Positions 19,745 to 28,751 of a stretch of DNA of 64,000 nt are shown in pieces (the first letter of the stretch is position 1; each line of letters starts with the position of its first letter). The position numbers and the translations under genes are program-made. The notes under the pieces were generated by a model that was not told the DNA's origin, searched no databases, and saw only the letters and a list, made by a program, of their open reading frames with translations. Origin of the DNA: Candidatus Spongiisociaceae bacterium (GTDB lineage: Bacteria > Actinomycetota > Acidimicrobiia > Spongiisociales > Spongiisociaceae); contig CBDCOH010000002.1 in NCBI GenBank assembly GCA_965219685.1, forward strand, positions 3,456,001 to 3,520,000. Direction: 5' to 3'.

Positions 19745-20446
19745 CTACCCATACCGCAGCACGGAGAGTCGGTCGGGGAGGCGGCGGAACCCGGTTCCTA
19801 GATACATTGCGGCTGCGGCCTCGTTGTTCGGTGCTGTATTCAGCAACATGGCCGCCGCCCCGTGGCGGGCTGCCCAGCGGATGGCAGCACACGTCAGCCG
19901 GGTGCCCCAACCTCGCCTCCTGTGCGAAGGCGATACGGCGATCCTCTGTAGGTAGGCAGTGATCCCGGAACATCCGACGATGGCGAAGCCCTCGGGCGGG
20001 GATGCGTCGGAGGTCACGATGACGGTTCGGCGGATGGTCGACACGTAGGACTCCCGCAGGGCGGTCTGCCCATTCCTCCAGAGTGGACCGAACGATCTCC
20101 GATCGACTTCGGCGAGCATCTCGAAGTCGGGCGGCGCTTCCCGGACTCCGGGCTCCTCCGGCGGTATCGAGCCGATGAGGCTGCGGCGGTACATATGAAG
20201 CTTGAGGAAGGGCTGGTAGCCCACCTGCAGCCAGGGGTCGGCAGCGCTGTCCAGCAACGGCTGGGACGCAACCTGCTCTACCCCGTAGCCGAGCACATGG
20301 CCGGTGGCCGCCTGCAGGAACCGGGCTCCCCCGCGCTCGAGACGTAGGTATCCGTAGGGGAGGTCGGAGTTCCAGGGCCGGGCGGTCGCCTTGGCCCACC
20401 CCTGCCGGATGGTTACCGGGCCCGGCCAGTCACCGCCGATCTTCAT
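19745..20446 (-). CDS. GNAT family acetyltransferase
   Basis: YLQRIAVSPSHRRRGWG, N.AA..MY...GF. Confidence 0.88.
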   Translation of the reverse strand: MKIGGDWPGPVTIRQGWAKATARPWNSDLPYGYLRLERGGARFLQAATGHVLGYGVEQVASQPLLDSAADPWLQVGYQPFLKLHMYRRSLIGSIPPEEPGVREAPPDFEMLAEVDRRSFGPLWRNGQTALRESYVSTIRRTVIVTSDASPPEGFAIVGCSGITAYLQRIAVSPSHRRRGWGTRLTCAAIRWAARHGAAAMLLNTAPNNEAAAAMYLGTGFRRLPDRLSVLRYG

Positions 20447-20860
20447 AAACCAAGGGCCTTGCTCACCACTTCTCGCTCGGCGGGGTAGGTGAGCTTGCCG
20501 ATGGCGGCTAGCGGCTCGAGGATCACCACCTCGTCGACCTCGTCATCGTGGAGCGCCGGATCACCACCGGTCACTGTGAACCTGAAGAAGTCCACCCGCT
20601 TCTTCACCCTCACACGATCGCGTACGAACCAGTATTCGACGACGCCGGCCCGGGCACGGTCGGCGGCTCGAACCTCGAGCCCGGTCTCCTCGGTCACCTC
20701 CCGGCGGGCGGCCTCGATAGCTTGCTCTCCGGCTTCCAGCAGCCCCTTTGGCAGCGTGACCACGGGCCGGCCCGCCAGGTTCCTGGCCTGCACGACCACC
20801 AGCCTCCCGTCGGCCGTCAGCACGACCCCGCCGGCCGAGTGCTCGAATACCGTCCTGATG
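20443..20860 (-). CDS. NUDIX hydrolase (start uncertain)
   Basis: SAGGVV, LPKGLLEAGE..IEAARREVTEETG Nudix box. Confidence 0.85.
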
Positions 20861-20961
20861 ACTCCCCCGATCCCCGGGCGTAGCCCGATCCTGGTCGGCG
20901 GGAACCCCGTCCGGCGGGTGGGCAGAGCGAATCCTAATTCGGGGGGGAGTAGCCTCAGGAC

Positions 20962-21981
20962 ATGGACGTCCTGCTCGTCACCCATCCGGTGTTCGGTGAG
21001 CATGACACCGGGCACGGCCATCCGGAGCGCCCGGCTCGCTTACCGGCGGCGCTGGCAGGCGTACGGGAGTCACCGGCCACGGTCGCCGAGGAGAGCGCCC
21101 CCGAGATCGACAGAGACCTCCTCGGGTTGGTTCACTCTCCCGGCTACGTGAACCGTATCGAACGATTCTGCGCAGCAGGCGGGGGCGCGCTGGATCCGGA
21201 CACGCGAGCGGTCCCCGCCTCGTGGGAGGCTGCCTTGAGAGCGGCGGGAGCGGGCCCTCTGGCCGTCCGGAGGCTGGAGGATGGCAGTGCTGACGCGGCC
21301 TTCTTGGCGGTTCGCCCCCCCGGTCACCACGCCCGGCGGTCGACCGCTATGGGTTTCTGCCTCTTCAACAGCGTCGCGGTGACGGCGGCCATGCTCGCCG
21401 AACGAGGCGAACGTGTGGCGATCATCGACTGGGACGTACATCACGGCAACGCCACGGAGGAGATGTTCCGCTCCCGGGAGGACATCCTCTACGTCTCGCT
21501 TCACCAGTATCCGTTCTACCCGGGGACGGGAGGCCTGGTCGACATGACCGCGGACCGGGCGGCGGCCACAACCCTGGATTTGCCCCTTCCCGCGGCTACG
21601 GCCGGAGACCTGTACCGCGTGGCCTTTCCCGGACTGGTCGCGCCGGTGGTCGCCGGGTTCCGTCCGGACTGGTTGCTTGTCAGCACCGGCTACGACGCCC
21701 ATGCCCACGATCCCTTGGCCGAGCTCCGCCTGCTGGCCTCCGACTACGCGTTCATGGCCGGGGCGCTGGCGGCGGTGACGCCGCCGGGACGCACCATCTT
21801 CTTCTTGGAGGGCGGCTACGACCTCGATGCGATCAGGGAGTCGGCCTCGGCGACCATCTCCGGGGCGGCGGGGATCGCAGTGCCCGACGAGGAGAGCCGT
21901 TTCCGGTCACCGGAGGTCGCCTTCCGGATACTCGAGGCGGTGGTCGATGAAGCGCGAAAGGCCTGGGACCTACCGTGGTGA
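20962..21981 (+). CDS. Histone deacetylase family protein
   Basis: HPERPAR, RPPGHHA, GFCLFN, DWDVHHGN, LEGGY. Confidence 0.95.
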   Translation: MDVLLVTHPVFGEHDTGHGHPERPARLPAALAGVRESPATVAEESAPEIDRDLLGLVHSPGYVNRIERFCAAGGGALDPDTRAVPASWEAALRAAGAGPLAVRRLEDGSADAAFLAVRPPGHHARRSTAMGFCLFNSVAVTAAMLAERGERVAIIDWDVHHGNATEEMFRSREDILYVSLHQYPFYPGTGGLVDMTADRAAATTLDLPLPAATAGDLYRVAFPGLVAPVVAGFRPDWLLVSTGYDAHAHDPLAELRLLASDYAFMAGALAAVTPPGRTIFFLEGGYDLDAIRESASATISGAAGIAVPDEESRFRSPEVAFRILEAVVDEARKAWDLPW

Positions 21982-22045
21982 GTGGTGAGCGGACACTGGT
22001 TACTGACTAACGTCCAGCAACCACCAACCACCAACCACCAACCAC
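21975..22045 (+). repeat. (GTGGTGA)x2 ... (CAACCAC)x4
   Basis: G/T heptamers 21975-21988 include the stop codon; A/C heptamers 22018-22045 precede the next ATG. Confidence 0.85.
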
Positions 22046-22049
22046 CACC

Positions 22050-23453
22050 ATGATTCCTGAACGCCTGAAATGGCTGGATAGCGGCCCCACGCGTGCCCTG
22101 GCCGAGTTGTTCACTCGTGCAGGGCACGAGATCTATCTCGTCGGCGGCTCGGTTCGCGATGCTCTACTCGAAAGACCGGCCGACGACCTGGACCTCGCCA
22201 CCGACGCCCGACCCGACCGTCTCAAGGCGCTCCTGCGCGACTGGGCGGATTACCTGTACCTCATGGGCGAGCGGTTCGGGACCGTCGGTGCCCTCCGGCA
22301 GGGGACACGTTACGAGATAACCACGTTCCGGGCCGAGGCGTACGTATCGGACAGCCGCCAGCCGGTCGTGACGTTTGGGAACTCCATCGCGGCCGATCTC
22401 GAGCGGCGCGACTTCACGGTCAACGCCATGGCCCTGAAACTTGGGGAGGGCACTCCCTCCCTCGTGGACCCGTTCGGCGGCTTGACCGACCTCGCCGCCA
22501 GGACCCTCCGCACCCCGATCGGTCCGTCGGTCTCCTTTTCGGATGACCCGCTCCGGATGGTCCGCCTGTTCAGGTTCATGGCCGAACTCGGCTTCCATCC
22601 CAACCCCGAGGAAGTGGAGGCCGTGGCCGACATGAAGGAGCGCCTGGACATCGTGAGCGCCGAGCGGATCCGGGACGAGTTCTCGAAGCTGGTGCTGGGG
22701 GAGTGGGCGTCGCCTGCCCTGTCCCTGATGATCGAGTCGGGGCTGGCCGCCGGGTTCATCCCGGAGGTCCCGGCGCTGGCGATGACCGAGGATCCCGACC
22801 ACCGGCACAAGGATGTGCTGGCCCACTCGCTGGCCGTGATGGCCAAGACCGAGCGCGACCTGGTGCTCCGCCTGGCCGCCCTGTTCCACGACGTCGGCAA
22901 GCCGGACACCCGAAGGTTCGACGGTCCGAAGGTGACCTTCCACCATCACGAGGTGGTGGGGGCCGTCATGACCCGCAAACGCCTGCGCCGACTCCGCTAT
23001 CCGAAGGCCATAGTGGACCAAGTCGCCGAGTTGGTCTTCCTGCACATGAGGGCCCACACCTTCAAGATGGGATGGACGGACTCGGCCGTACGGCGCTACG
23101 TGCGCGACGCGGGGGAGTTGCTGCCGAAACTCAACCAACTCGCCAGATGCGACGTCACCACCCGGAGCGACCGGCGGGCACGGCGGATCCAGCGCCAACT
23201 GGACGAGTTGGACGAACGGATAGAGCAGCTACGAGCCCAGGAGGAGATCGATTCTCTGCGCCCGCCCATCGACGGGCATGATGTGATGGCCTACCTCGGG
23301 ATCGGTCCCGGTCCGATGGTGGGTTCCATGCTCCGGATGCTCCTCGCCAAGCGGATCGACGACGGCCCCTACGAGCGCTCGGAGGCCTTCGCTCTGGTAC
23401 GGGAGTTGGCCCTCGCGGAAGGCATGGACGATCCGGGCCCTGTGCCGTCGTAG
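22050..23453 (+). CDS. CCA tRNA nucleotidyltransferase with HD domain
   Basis: LVGGSVRD, DLDLAT, RRDFTVNAMA, DDPLRM, FHDVGK. Confidence 0.93.
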   Translation: MIPERLKWLDSGPTRALAELFTRAGHEIYLVGGSVRDALLERPADDLDLATDARPDRLKALLRDWADYLYLMGERFGTVGALRQGTRYEITTFRAEAYVSDSRQPVVTFGNSIAADLERRDFTVNAMALKLGEGTPSLVDPFGGLTDLAARTLRTPIGPSVSFSDDPLRMVRLFRFMAELGFHPNPEEVEAVADMKERLDIVSAERIRDEFSKLVLGEWASPALSLMIESGLAAGFIPEVPALAMTEDPDHRHKDVLAHSLAVMAKTERDLVLRLAALFHDVGKPDTRRFDGPKVTFHHHEVVGAVMTRKRLRRLRYPKAIVDQVAELVFLHMRAHTFKMGWTDSAVRRYVRDAGELLPKLNQLARCDVTTRSDRRARRIQRQLDELDERIEQLRAQEEIDSLRPPIDGHDVMAYLGIGPGPMVGSMLRMLLAKRIDDGPYERSEAFALVRELALAEGMDDPGPVPS

Positions 23454-23561
23454 GAGGAGCTGGCTCTTGACGGCTGCTTGGGGACCGCCGCCACCGCTCG
23501 TCGGCGTCCGTGACCCCATCCCGGAACCGGACCGACGCCCGCGTGAACCGGGGGCGACGGC

Positions 23562-25046
23562 ATGAGGCGGGAGTGGAGGGTTCTGGTCGCCTGCACTCCG
23601 GCCATTATCATCCAGGGGTTGGACATCACGATGATCAACCTGGCCCTTCCTTCGATCGGTGAGGGGCTCTCGGCCGAACTAGCCGACCTTCAATGGGTCG
23701 TGGCAGCGTTCGCTCTCGCCATGGTCTCGCTGCTTCCCACATCGGCGGCCATAGGCGACCTCTACGGCCGGCGCCGAGCGCTGCTCCTCGGATACGGCAT
23801 CATGGCTGCCGGGGCGCTGCTCGCGTGGTCGGCGGCTTCGATACCTGTGCTGGTCATCGGGCGGATCGCCCAGGGGATCGGGCTGGCCCTCGGCGCGCCC
23901 AACTCCTTCGCGATAGTGGCGCTCTCCTTTCCGCCGGAGGAACGCGGTAGAGCGCTGGGACTGTGGACCGCCATCTCGGCGGTTGCGTTCACGCTGAGCC
24001 CGATAGTGGCGGGTTGGCTGGTGGAGTCGTACGGGTTCAACGCGGTATTCGTCCCACTGCTCATGTTCGCGGTGATCGGGGGTGCGGGCAGCTCGATTTG
24101 GTTGCCAGCGGACCCGCCCACGCACCGCGGCCGCCTCGACCTTGGAGGGATGGCGGTCGCAACCGGGGCGCTGGCCATGCTGAGCTACGGCTTGATCGAG
24201 GGCGGTCGCGACGGGTTCGGGCGTCCGCTCATCGTGGGATCCCTCCTCCTCGGCCTGGCGTGCGCAGGATGGTTCACCCGCCACGAACTCCAGGTCGAGC
24301 ACCCGATGCTCGACCTGCGCCTGATCGGCCGCCCACCGTTCGGGCAGGTGGTGCTGGCGTCCTTCGCCCTGCACACGGCCAGCGGGGCACTGGTCTTCTT
24401 CCTGACCATCTATCTCCAGGCCCTGCTCGGCTACTCCGCGTGGGACACCGCCTACGTGATGCTGGCCTACTCGGTGATGGCGCTGATCGGATCGCCGGTC
24501 GCCGGATACCTGACGGATCGAAGAGGTTTCTGGCTGCCTGTCGCGGTGGCGGCTCCCACCATAGGGCTGAGCGCGCTCCTCATGAGCCTCGCCGGCCTGG
24601 TATCGCCGGCCGTCGCGTATCTCGTGGTCGCCATGGCGCTGGCGGGGGCCGTGCACGGAGGATTCTTCGTGGGGGCCGGCGCGGCCGCCTCCACCAGGGT
24701 CCCCGAGGACCGGACCTCGACTGCGGGTGCCTCCCTATCGGTTTCCCGCCATCTCGGCAGCGGGTTCGGGATAGCGGTGTTCGGTGCCCTCGCCACGATG
24801 GTGACCAGAGCGAGGATCCGTTCGGCAATCGCCGACGACGCGGACGCCGAGGCGTTGGTCGCCTCGATGAGCTTCGGCGCGCCCCCCGAAGGCATCGAAG
24901 CAGCGGTGGCGGCCGCCCATACTGAGGCTTCGCTCACCGCCTTCGGAGTGGTGATGGTGGTGATCGGCGTCTGCTCCCTGGCGGTCGGAGCCCTGGTCGC
25001 GCGGCTGTTGCTGACCAAGGGTGGCTGGAGGAAAGCGCGGCGGTGA
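23562..25046 (+). CDS. MFS transporter, DHA2 (14-TM) type
   Basis: LDITMINLALP, GDLYGRRR, GRIAQGIG, PMLDLRL. Confidence 0.9.
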   Translation: MRREWRVLVACTPAIIIQGLDITMINLALPSIGEGLSAELADLQWVVAAFALAMVSLLPTSAAIGDLYGRRRALLLGYGIMAAGALLAWSAASIPVLVIGRIAQGIGLALGAPNSFAIVALSFPPEERGRALGLWTAISAVAFTLSPIVAGWLVESYGFNAVFVPLLMFAVIGGAGSSIWLPADPPTHRGRLDLGGMAVATGALAMLSYGLIEGGRDGFGRPLIVGSLLLGLACAGWFTRHELQVEHPMLDLRLIGRPPFGQVVLASFALHTASGALVFFLTIYLQALLGYSAWDTAYVMLAYSVMALIGSPVAGYLTDRRGFWLPVAVAAPTIGLSALLMSLAGLVSPAVAYLVVAMALAGAVHGGFFVGAGAAASTRVPEDRTSTAGASLSVSRHLGSGFGIAVFGALATMVTRARIRSAIADDADAEALVASMSFGAPPEGIEAAVAAAHTEASLTAFGVVMVVIGVCSLAVGALVARLLLTKGGWRKARR

Positions 25047-25164
25047 GTGGTGAGTGGTGAGTGGTGAGTGGTGAGTGGTGAGTGGTGAGTGGTGAGTGGT
25101 GAGTGGTGAGTGGTGAGTGGTGAGTGGTGAGTGGTGAATGGTGAATGGTGAATGGTGAATGGTG
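25040..25164 (+). repeat. GCGGTGA + (GTGGTGA)x13 + (ATGGTGA)x3 + partial unit
   Basis: Counted directly; begins at the MFS stop codon. Confidence 0.97.
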
Positions 25165-25329
25165 TTAACTCTGGGAGGGTACTCGACTACCGGGCTAGGA
25201 CCGACCACGATGAGCCAGCTAGAAGTGGTGGACCCCCATTAGGTGGGGTAGTCGTTCACGGGCAACCGGCAACCACAGGTAGCCTTGTGACCCTATGGAG
25301 AGGGCGTCCGACGAGGAAGGAACACGAGG

Positions 25330-25815
25330 ATGGCGGCGGTGACCGAAGAACTTCGGGAACTCGTGGGGCGGCGCGCTGTCTACACGGCCCCCGACGAAGT
25401 AGGCAGATCCGCGATCCGCTACTTTGCCCGGGCTGTCGGCGATCCGTGCCGGCTTTACGTCGACGCCGACTATGCCCGCGAGCACGGCTACGAGGACGTG
25501 ATCGCACCGCCCACCTTCGTGTGCGAAACCAACCAGTACATGCCGGGCGAACCCGATCGGGACGGCTACCCCGGACATTCGTGGGGTATCGAGTTGGAGG
25601 GTACCCGCATGATCCGGGGGGGTCACGAGTACGAGTTCCACCGGCCGCTATACCCCTCGGACGTCATCACGGCGACCTGGACCATCACCGACGTCTTCGC
25701 GAAGGAGGGTTCATCCGGTAGCTTGACCTTCCTCGTGTCGGAGGCCCGGTACACGAACCAGCGAGCCGAGCTGATCGCGGTGAACCGCGAGACGCTCATC
25801 TTCCAGGAGATCTGA
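25330..25815 (+). CDS. MaoC-like dehydratase, N-terminal (HadA/FAS1-like) type
   Basis: IRYFARAVGD..YVD, IAPPTF, YEFHRPL. Confidence 0.85.
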   Translation: MAAVTEELRELVGRRAVYTAPDEVGRSAIRYFARAVGDPCRLYVDADYAREHGYEDVIAPPTFVCETNQYMPGEPDRDGYPGHSWGIELEGTRMIRGGHEYEFHRPLYPSDVITATWTITDVFAKEGSSGSLTFLVSEARYTNQRAELIAVNRETLIFQEI

Positions 25816-25816
25816 T

Positions 25817-26224
25817 ATGCCGATGCAGGTCGAGGTGGGTGACCCGCTCCCCGGGTTCGGCCGGAACCTGGATCAGGCCCGGCTCGTGATGTACGCCGGC
25901 GCCACCTGGGACTGGCACCGCCTCCACTACGACACTGAGTACGTGAGGGAGCACAAGCTGGCTGCGCCCCTGGTCGACGGCCAGATGCTGGGAGCCCTGT
26001 TCGCCGAGCAGGTGTATCGTCACTTCGATCCCGGGGCCCGCATCACCGCCATGAAGCTCCGGTTCCGGTCGATGGTCTATGCCGGTGAGCGGGTCGAGAT
26101 CAGCGGCGAAGTCAGTTCTGTCGGGCATGCCGACGGTGGTCGGACAGTGGTCTGCAACCAGGCGGCCGCCGTTGGATCCCGGACCACCACCATCTGCCTC
26201 ACCGAGGTTCTCCTACCGGGGTAG
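25817..26224 (+). CDS. MaoC family dehydratase
   Basis: YAGATWDWHRLHYD, LVDGQML hot-dog fold. Confidence 0.85.
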   Translation: MPMQVEVGDPLPGFGRNLDQARLVMYAGATWDWHRLHYDTEYVREHKLAAPLVDGQMLGALFAEQVYRHFDPGARITAMKLRFRSMVYAGERVEISGEVSSVGHADGGRTVVCNQAAAVGSRTTTICLTEVLLPG

Positions 26225-26571
26225 GCGGGGCGGGACCACCCCGTCCCGACGCCAGGAGTCCGGAGCTCGCGAAAAACCGCGACCTCCGCTCAGCTCGATG
26301 GGCCCCTCCCCCGCGGCCACCACCGTCGTCCTGGAAGGCAGGTGTGCGCGGAGCTCCCCGTGTGGCCCCGGGGCCCTGCCTCTCCAGCCCCCGACAGGGC
26401 CAGAACATCATGGATGACCGCCGCGTCCGGACCGGCGTTGCTTGTGCTTCGGCAGGATCCATCATGCACGAGGGGTGTGACACGTTCAACCCCCTTGTGG
26501 CAGAGGGCGTCCTGAGGGGCGCTTTGCGGAGGGTGTCGAGCGGAATGCCGGTGGCCCTGGACGGTCGGCCG

Positions 26572-27270
26572 TCAGCCGCGCCTTCGCTCGATTGCCTTCA
26601 GAGCCTCCCGCCTGCTGAGAGTCGACAGGCGGTGGCGGTTCGCGGCCACGAAGTCGATCACGACCTCAGGGCCGGTCTTCGAGTACTCCCTCAGGGCCCA
26701 GCCGATCGCCTTCCGCAGGAAGAACTGCTTCTCGGCGATGGACGGTTCGATCAGGGCGAAGAGAAGGCCGGGGTCGGTGTCGGCCTTGAAGCGGAGCTGG
26801 GCGAGGATGGCCGTCCGGCGCCTCCAGATGTCGGCGTCCTCGGCCCACGACAGCAGTACCGGCCGGATGTCCGCGGGGTACGAAGCGAGGAGGTGACCCA
26901 TGTGCTTGCCCGCCAGTTGATCGACGTAGTCCCACCAGGCGCCGGTGACGATCATCTCCTCCAGCATCGGCAGGCAGGCGGGCCGCAGCCACGTCCGGTA
27001 GCGCGGCGCGTACGCCATTTCGATCGCTCCGTAGCGCTCCTCCCTGCGAGTAGCCGAACGCCATGTCTCAAGGATGACGTCCTCCCAGGAGGCCGGGTCC
27101 GGGATCGGGTGGGCCTTGATCACGGCTCGGGCAATGCGCCGGACCTCCGGAACCCTGACACCGTGAAAGGGCAGATCCGACTTCATGTACCGCTGCTGGC
27201 CCTTGGCACGCTCCGGGTCACCGGCGGCGGACAGGCGGGCGATCAGGTCGGCCCGCAGGGATAGGGTCAT
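26572..27270 (-). CDS. DNA alkylation repair protein (AlkD-like)
   Basis: YMKS..PFHGV, WWDYVD, FFLRKAIGWALREY, LSRREAL. Confidence 0.9.
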   Translation of the reverse strand: MTLSLRADLIARLSAAGDPERAKGQQRYMKSDLPFHGVRVPEVRRIARAVIKAHPIPDPASWEDVILETWRSATRREERYGAIEMAYAPRYRTWLRPACLPMLEEMIVTGAWWDYVDQLAGKHMGHLLASYPADIRPVLLSWAEDADIWRRRTAILAQLRFKADTDPGLLFALIEPSIAEKQFFLRKAIGWALREYSKTGPEVVIDFVAANRHRLSTLSRREALKAIERRRG

Positions 27271-27332
27271 CCAGGATCGGAGCGGTACTTCGGGCAGCGC
27301 CGGGGGGCACGGATCACGTGTCAGCCCACCGC

Positions 27333-27692
27333 CTAGTCGTCCAGAAAGCTCGCCACGCGGGTCTTGGGTCGTCCCACGATGGCGCGATCTCCACGAACTA
27401 CCACCGGTCTCTGCAGGAGTGCCTTGCGTCGCTCAAGCAGATCCACCACCGCAGCGGGGTTACCAACGTAGTCGCCGGCGACCAGGCCGAGCTTCCTGAA
27501 GTTGTAGTCCTTCCTCACCAGGTCCTCCACGGGATCCTCGAGGATCTGCGCCAGCCACTGGAGGGTGGCGCGGTCCGGGGGCGTCTTCATATACAGCACC
27601 AACTCCACGTCGAGCCCTCGCTCCTCGGCGACCGCCAAGGCGTTTCGCGACGAGCTTCAGTGGGGGTTGTGGAAGATCGTGACGTCAGCCAT
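27333..27692 (-). CDS. ArsC/Spx-family reductase, probable selenoprotein (UGA at codon 12)
   Basis: ATG 27692: MADVTIFHNPH-TGA-SSSRNALAVAEERG...LLQRPVVV..DRAIVGRP. The TGA (27657-27659) aligns with the catalytic Cys of HNPxCSxSR. Confidence 0.85.
27613..27656 (-). promoter_or_regulatory. SECIS-like hairpin
   Basis: After the UGA: upper stem CCUUGGC/GCCGAGG with GGUC loop 23 nt from the UGA; lower pairing AGCUC/GGGCU and UCGC/GCGA. Confidence 0.7.
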
Positions 27693-27766
27693 CGGGAGCC
27701 CCTTCCGTTGCAGCAGGATCGAAATCCACCAATTCTCGGGCGGAGGCTAATACCGTCCCACCCCTG

Positions 27767-28612
27767 ATGACTTCCCGACCGGTCGCGGTGGGCGTCCTAG
27801 CGACTGTGCTCACCCTTTTCCTCGTGGCCGACCAGGCCGCGATCGCCACGCCCGACCAGTACCTGCCCGCCAATCCCGTGCTCCAGCCGGGCGAGTCGCT
27901 CGCGCCCGGCCAGGCGGTGGCGTCGTCCAACGGCCGTTTCCGGCTCGTCTTCCAGCGTGACGGGAACCTCGTCCTCCTCGGGGACGGTTCGGTCCAGTGG
28001 ACGTCGGGCACGGCGGGACTGGGTGCGGACAGAGTGGTCCTGCGCAACGGCGTGCTCGAGATGTCCCGGTCCCTTCAGTGGGGATCCGAGATGGTATGGA
28101 AGTCGAGAAGCGTCGGCGCTGGCGGGGCCGTACTCTCCGTCAGGGACGAGGGCGGGGTCGTCATCCGGCGCGAGGGCAGCCCGATATTCTGGTCGGCGGC
28201 ACTCCCGGCTCCCGACGTGGGCCTTGCGGGGATCAAGCACGTCGTCTACGCGCGGGGTGATCAGATGGTGTGGCTGGTGGGCGCCGACGGCACCCTCTTC
28301 GACTCCTATCCCGTGAGCGGCCGTGCCACCTGGCCGGTACCCGGGCGCTACAAGGTGTTGTCCAAGTCACCGCGGTCGCAGGCCCTGGCCGGACATGTGT
28401 GGATGGAGCACATGGTGCGTTTCATCCAACCGAAAGGCCGGGCGGCCACGGGCTTCCACTCCATCCCGGTCACGTGGAGCGGGAGACCGATCCAGACCGA
28501 GGAGCAACTGGGTACGTTCCGTTCCTTGGGCTGCGTGCGCCAGCGGAACGACAAGGCCGAACAGCTATACGACTGGGCACCCCTCGGCACGCCGGTCATC
28601 GTGGTCGCCTGA
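27767..28612 (+). CDS. Secreted bulb-type (B-)lectin plus L,D-transpeptidase, paralog 1
   Basis: Signal peptide; L.PGQ..SSNGRFRLVFQRDGNLVL..W; YkuD motif GFHSIP...SLGCVR. Confidence 0.85.
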   Translation: MTSRPVAVGVLATVLTLFLVADQAAIATPDQYLPANPVLQPGESLAPGQAVASSNGRFRLVFQRDGNLVLLGDGSVQWTSGTAGLGADRVVLRNGVLEMSRSLQWGSEMVWKSRSVGAGGAVLSVRDEGGVVIRREGSPIFWSAALPAPDVGLAGIKHVVYARGDQMVWLVGADGTLFDSYPVSGRATWPVPGRYKVLSKSPRSQALAGHVWMEHMVRFIQPKGRAATGFHSIPVTWSGRPIQTEEQLGTFRSLGCVRQRNDKAEQLYDWAPLGTPVIVVA

Positions 28613-28751
28613 CACCACTATCGGGTCCCGGTCGGTAGGGAGAGGGTTTCTCAAGCGGTAACCCCGCCGTAGAGCGCGAAAAATAGGGCGTGAAAATACC
28701 CTCATATAGAGGGCGCGCGGGTACCGCGAACCGATACGATTTCGCACTCTC

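Noticed and set aside
25040-25164. Possible CRISPR array
   Set aside because: Contiguous 7-bp units with no spacers, and no cas genes in the window.
27333-27692. arsC pseudogene
   Set aside because: The only lesion is a UGA exactly at the catalytic Cys, followed by a SECIS-like hairpin; Sec recoding is the simpler explanation, pending sel genes.
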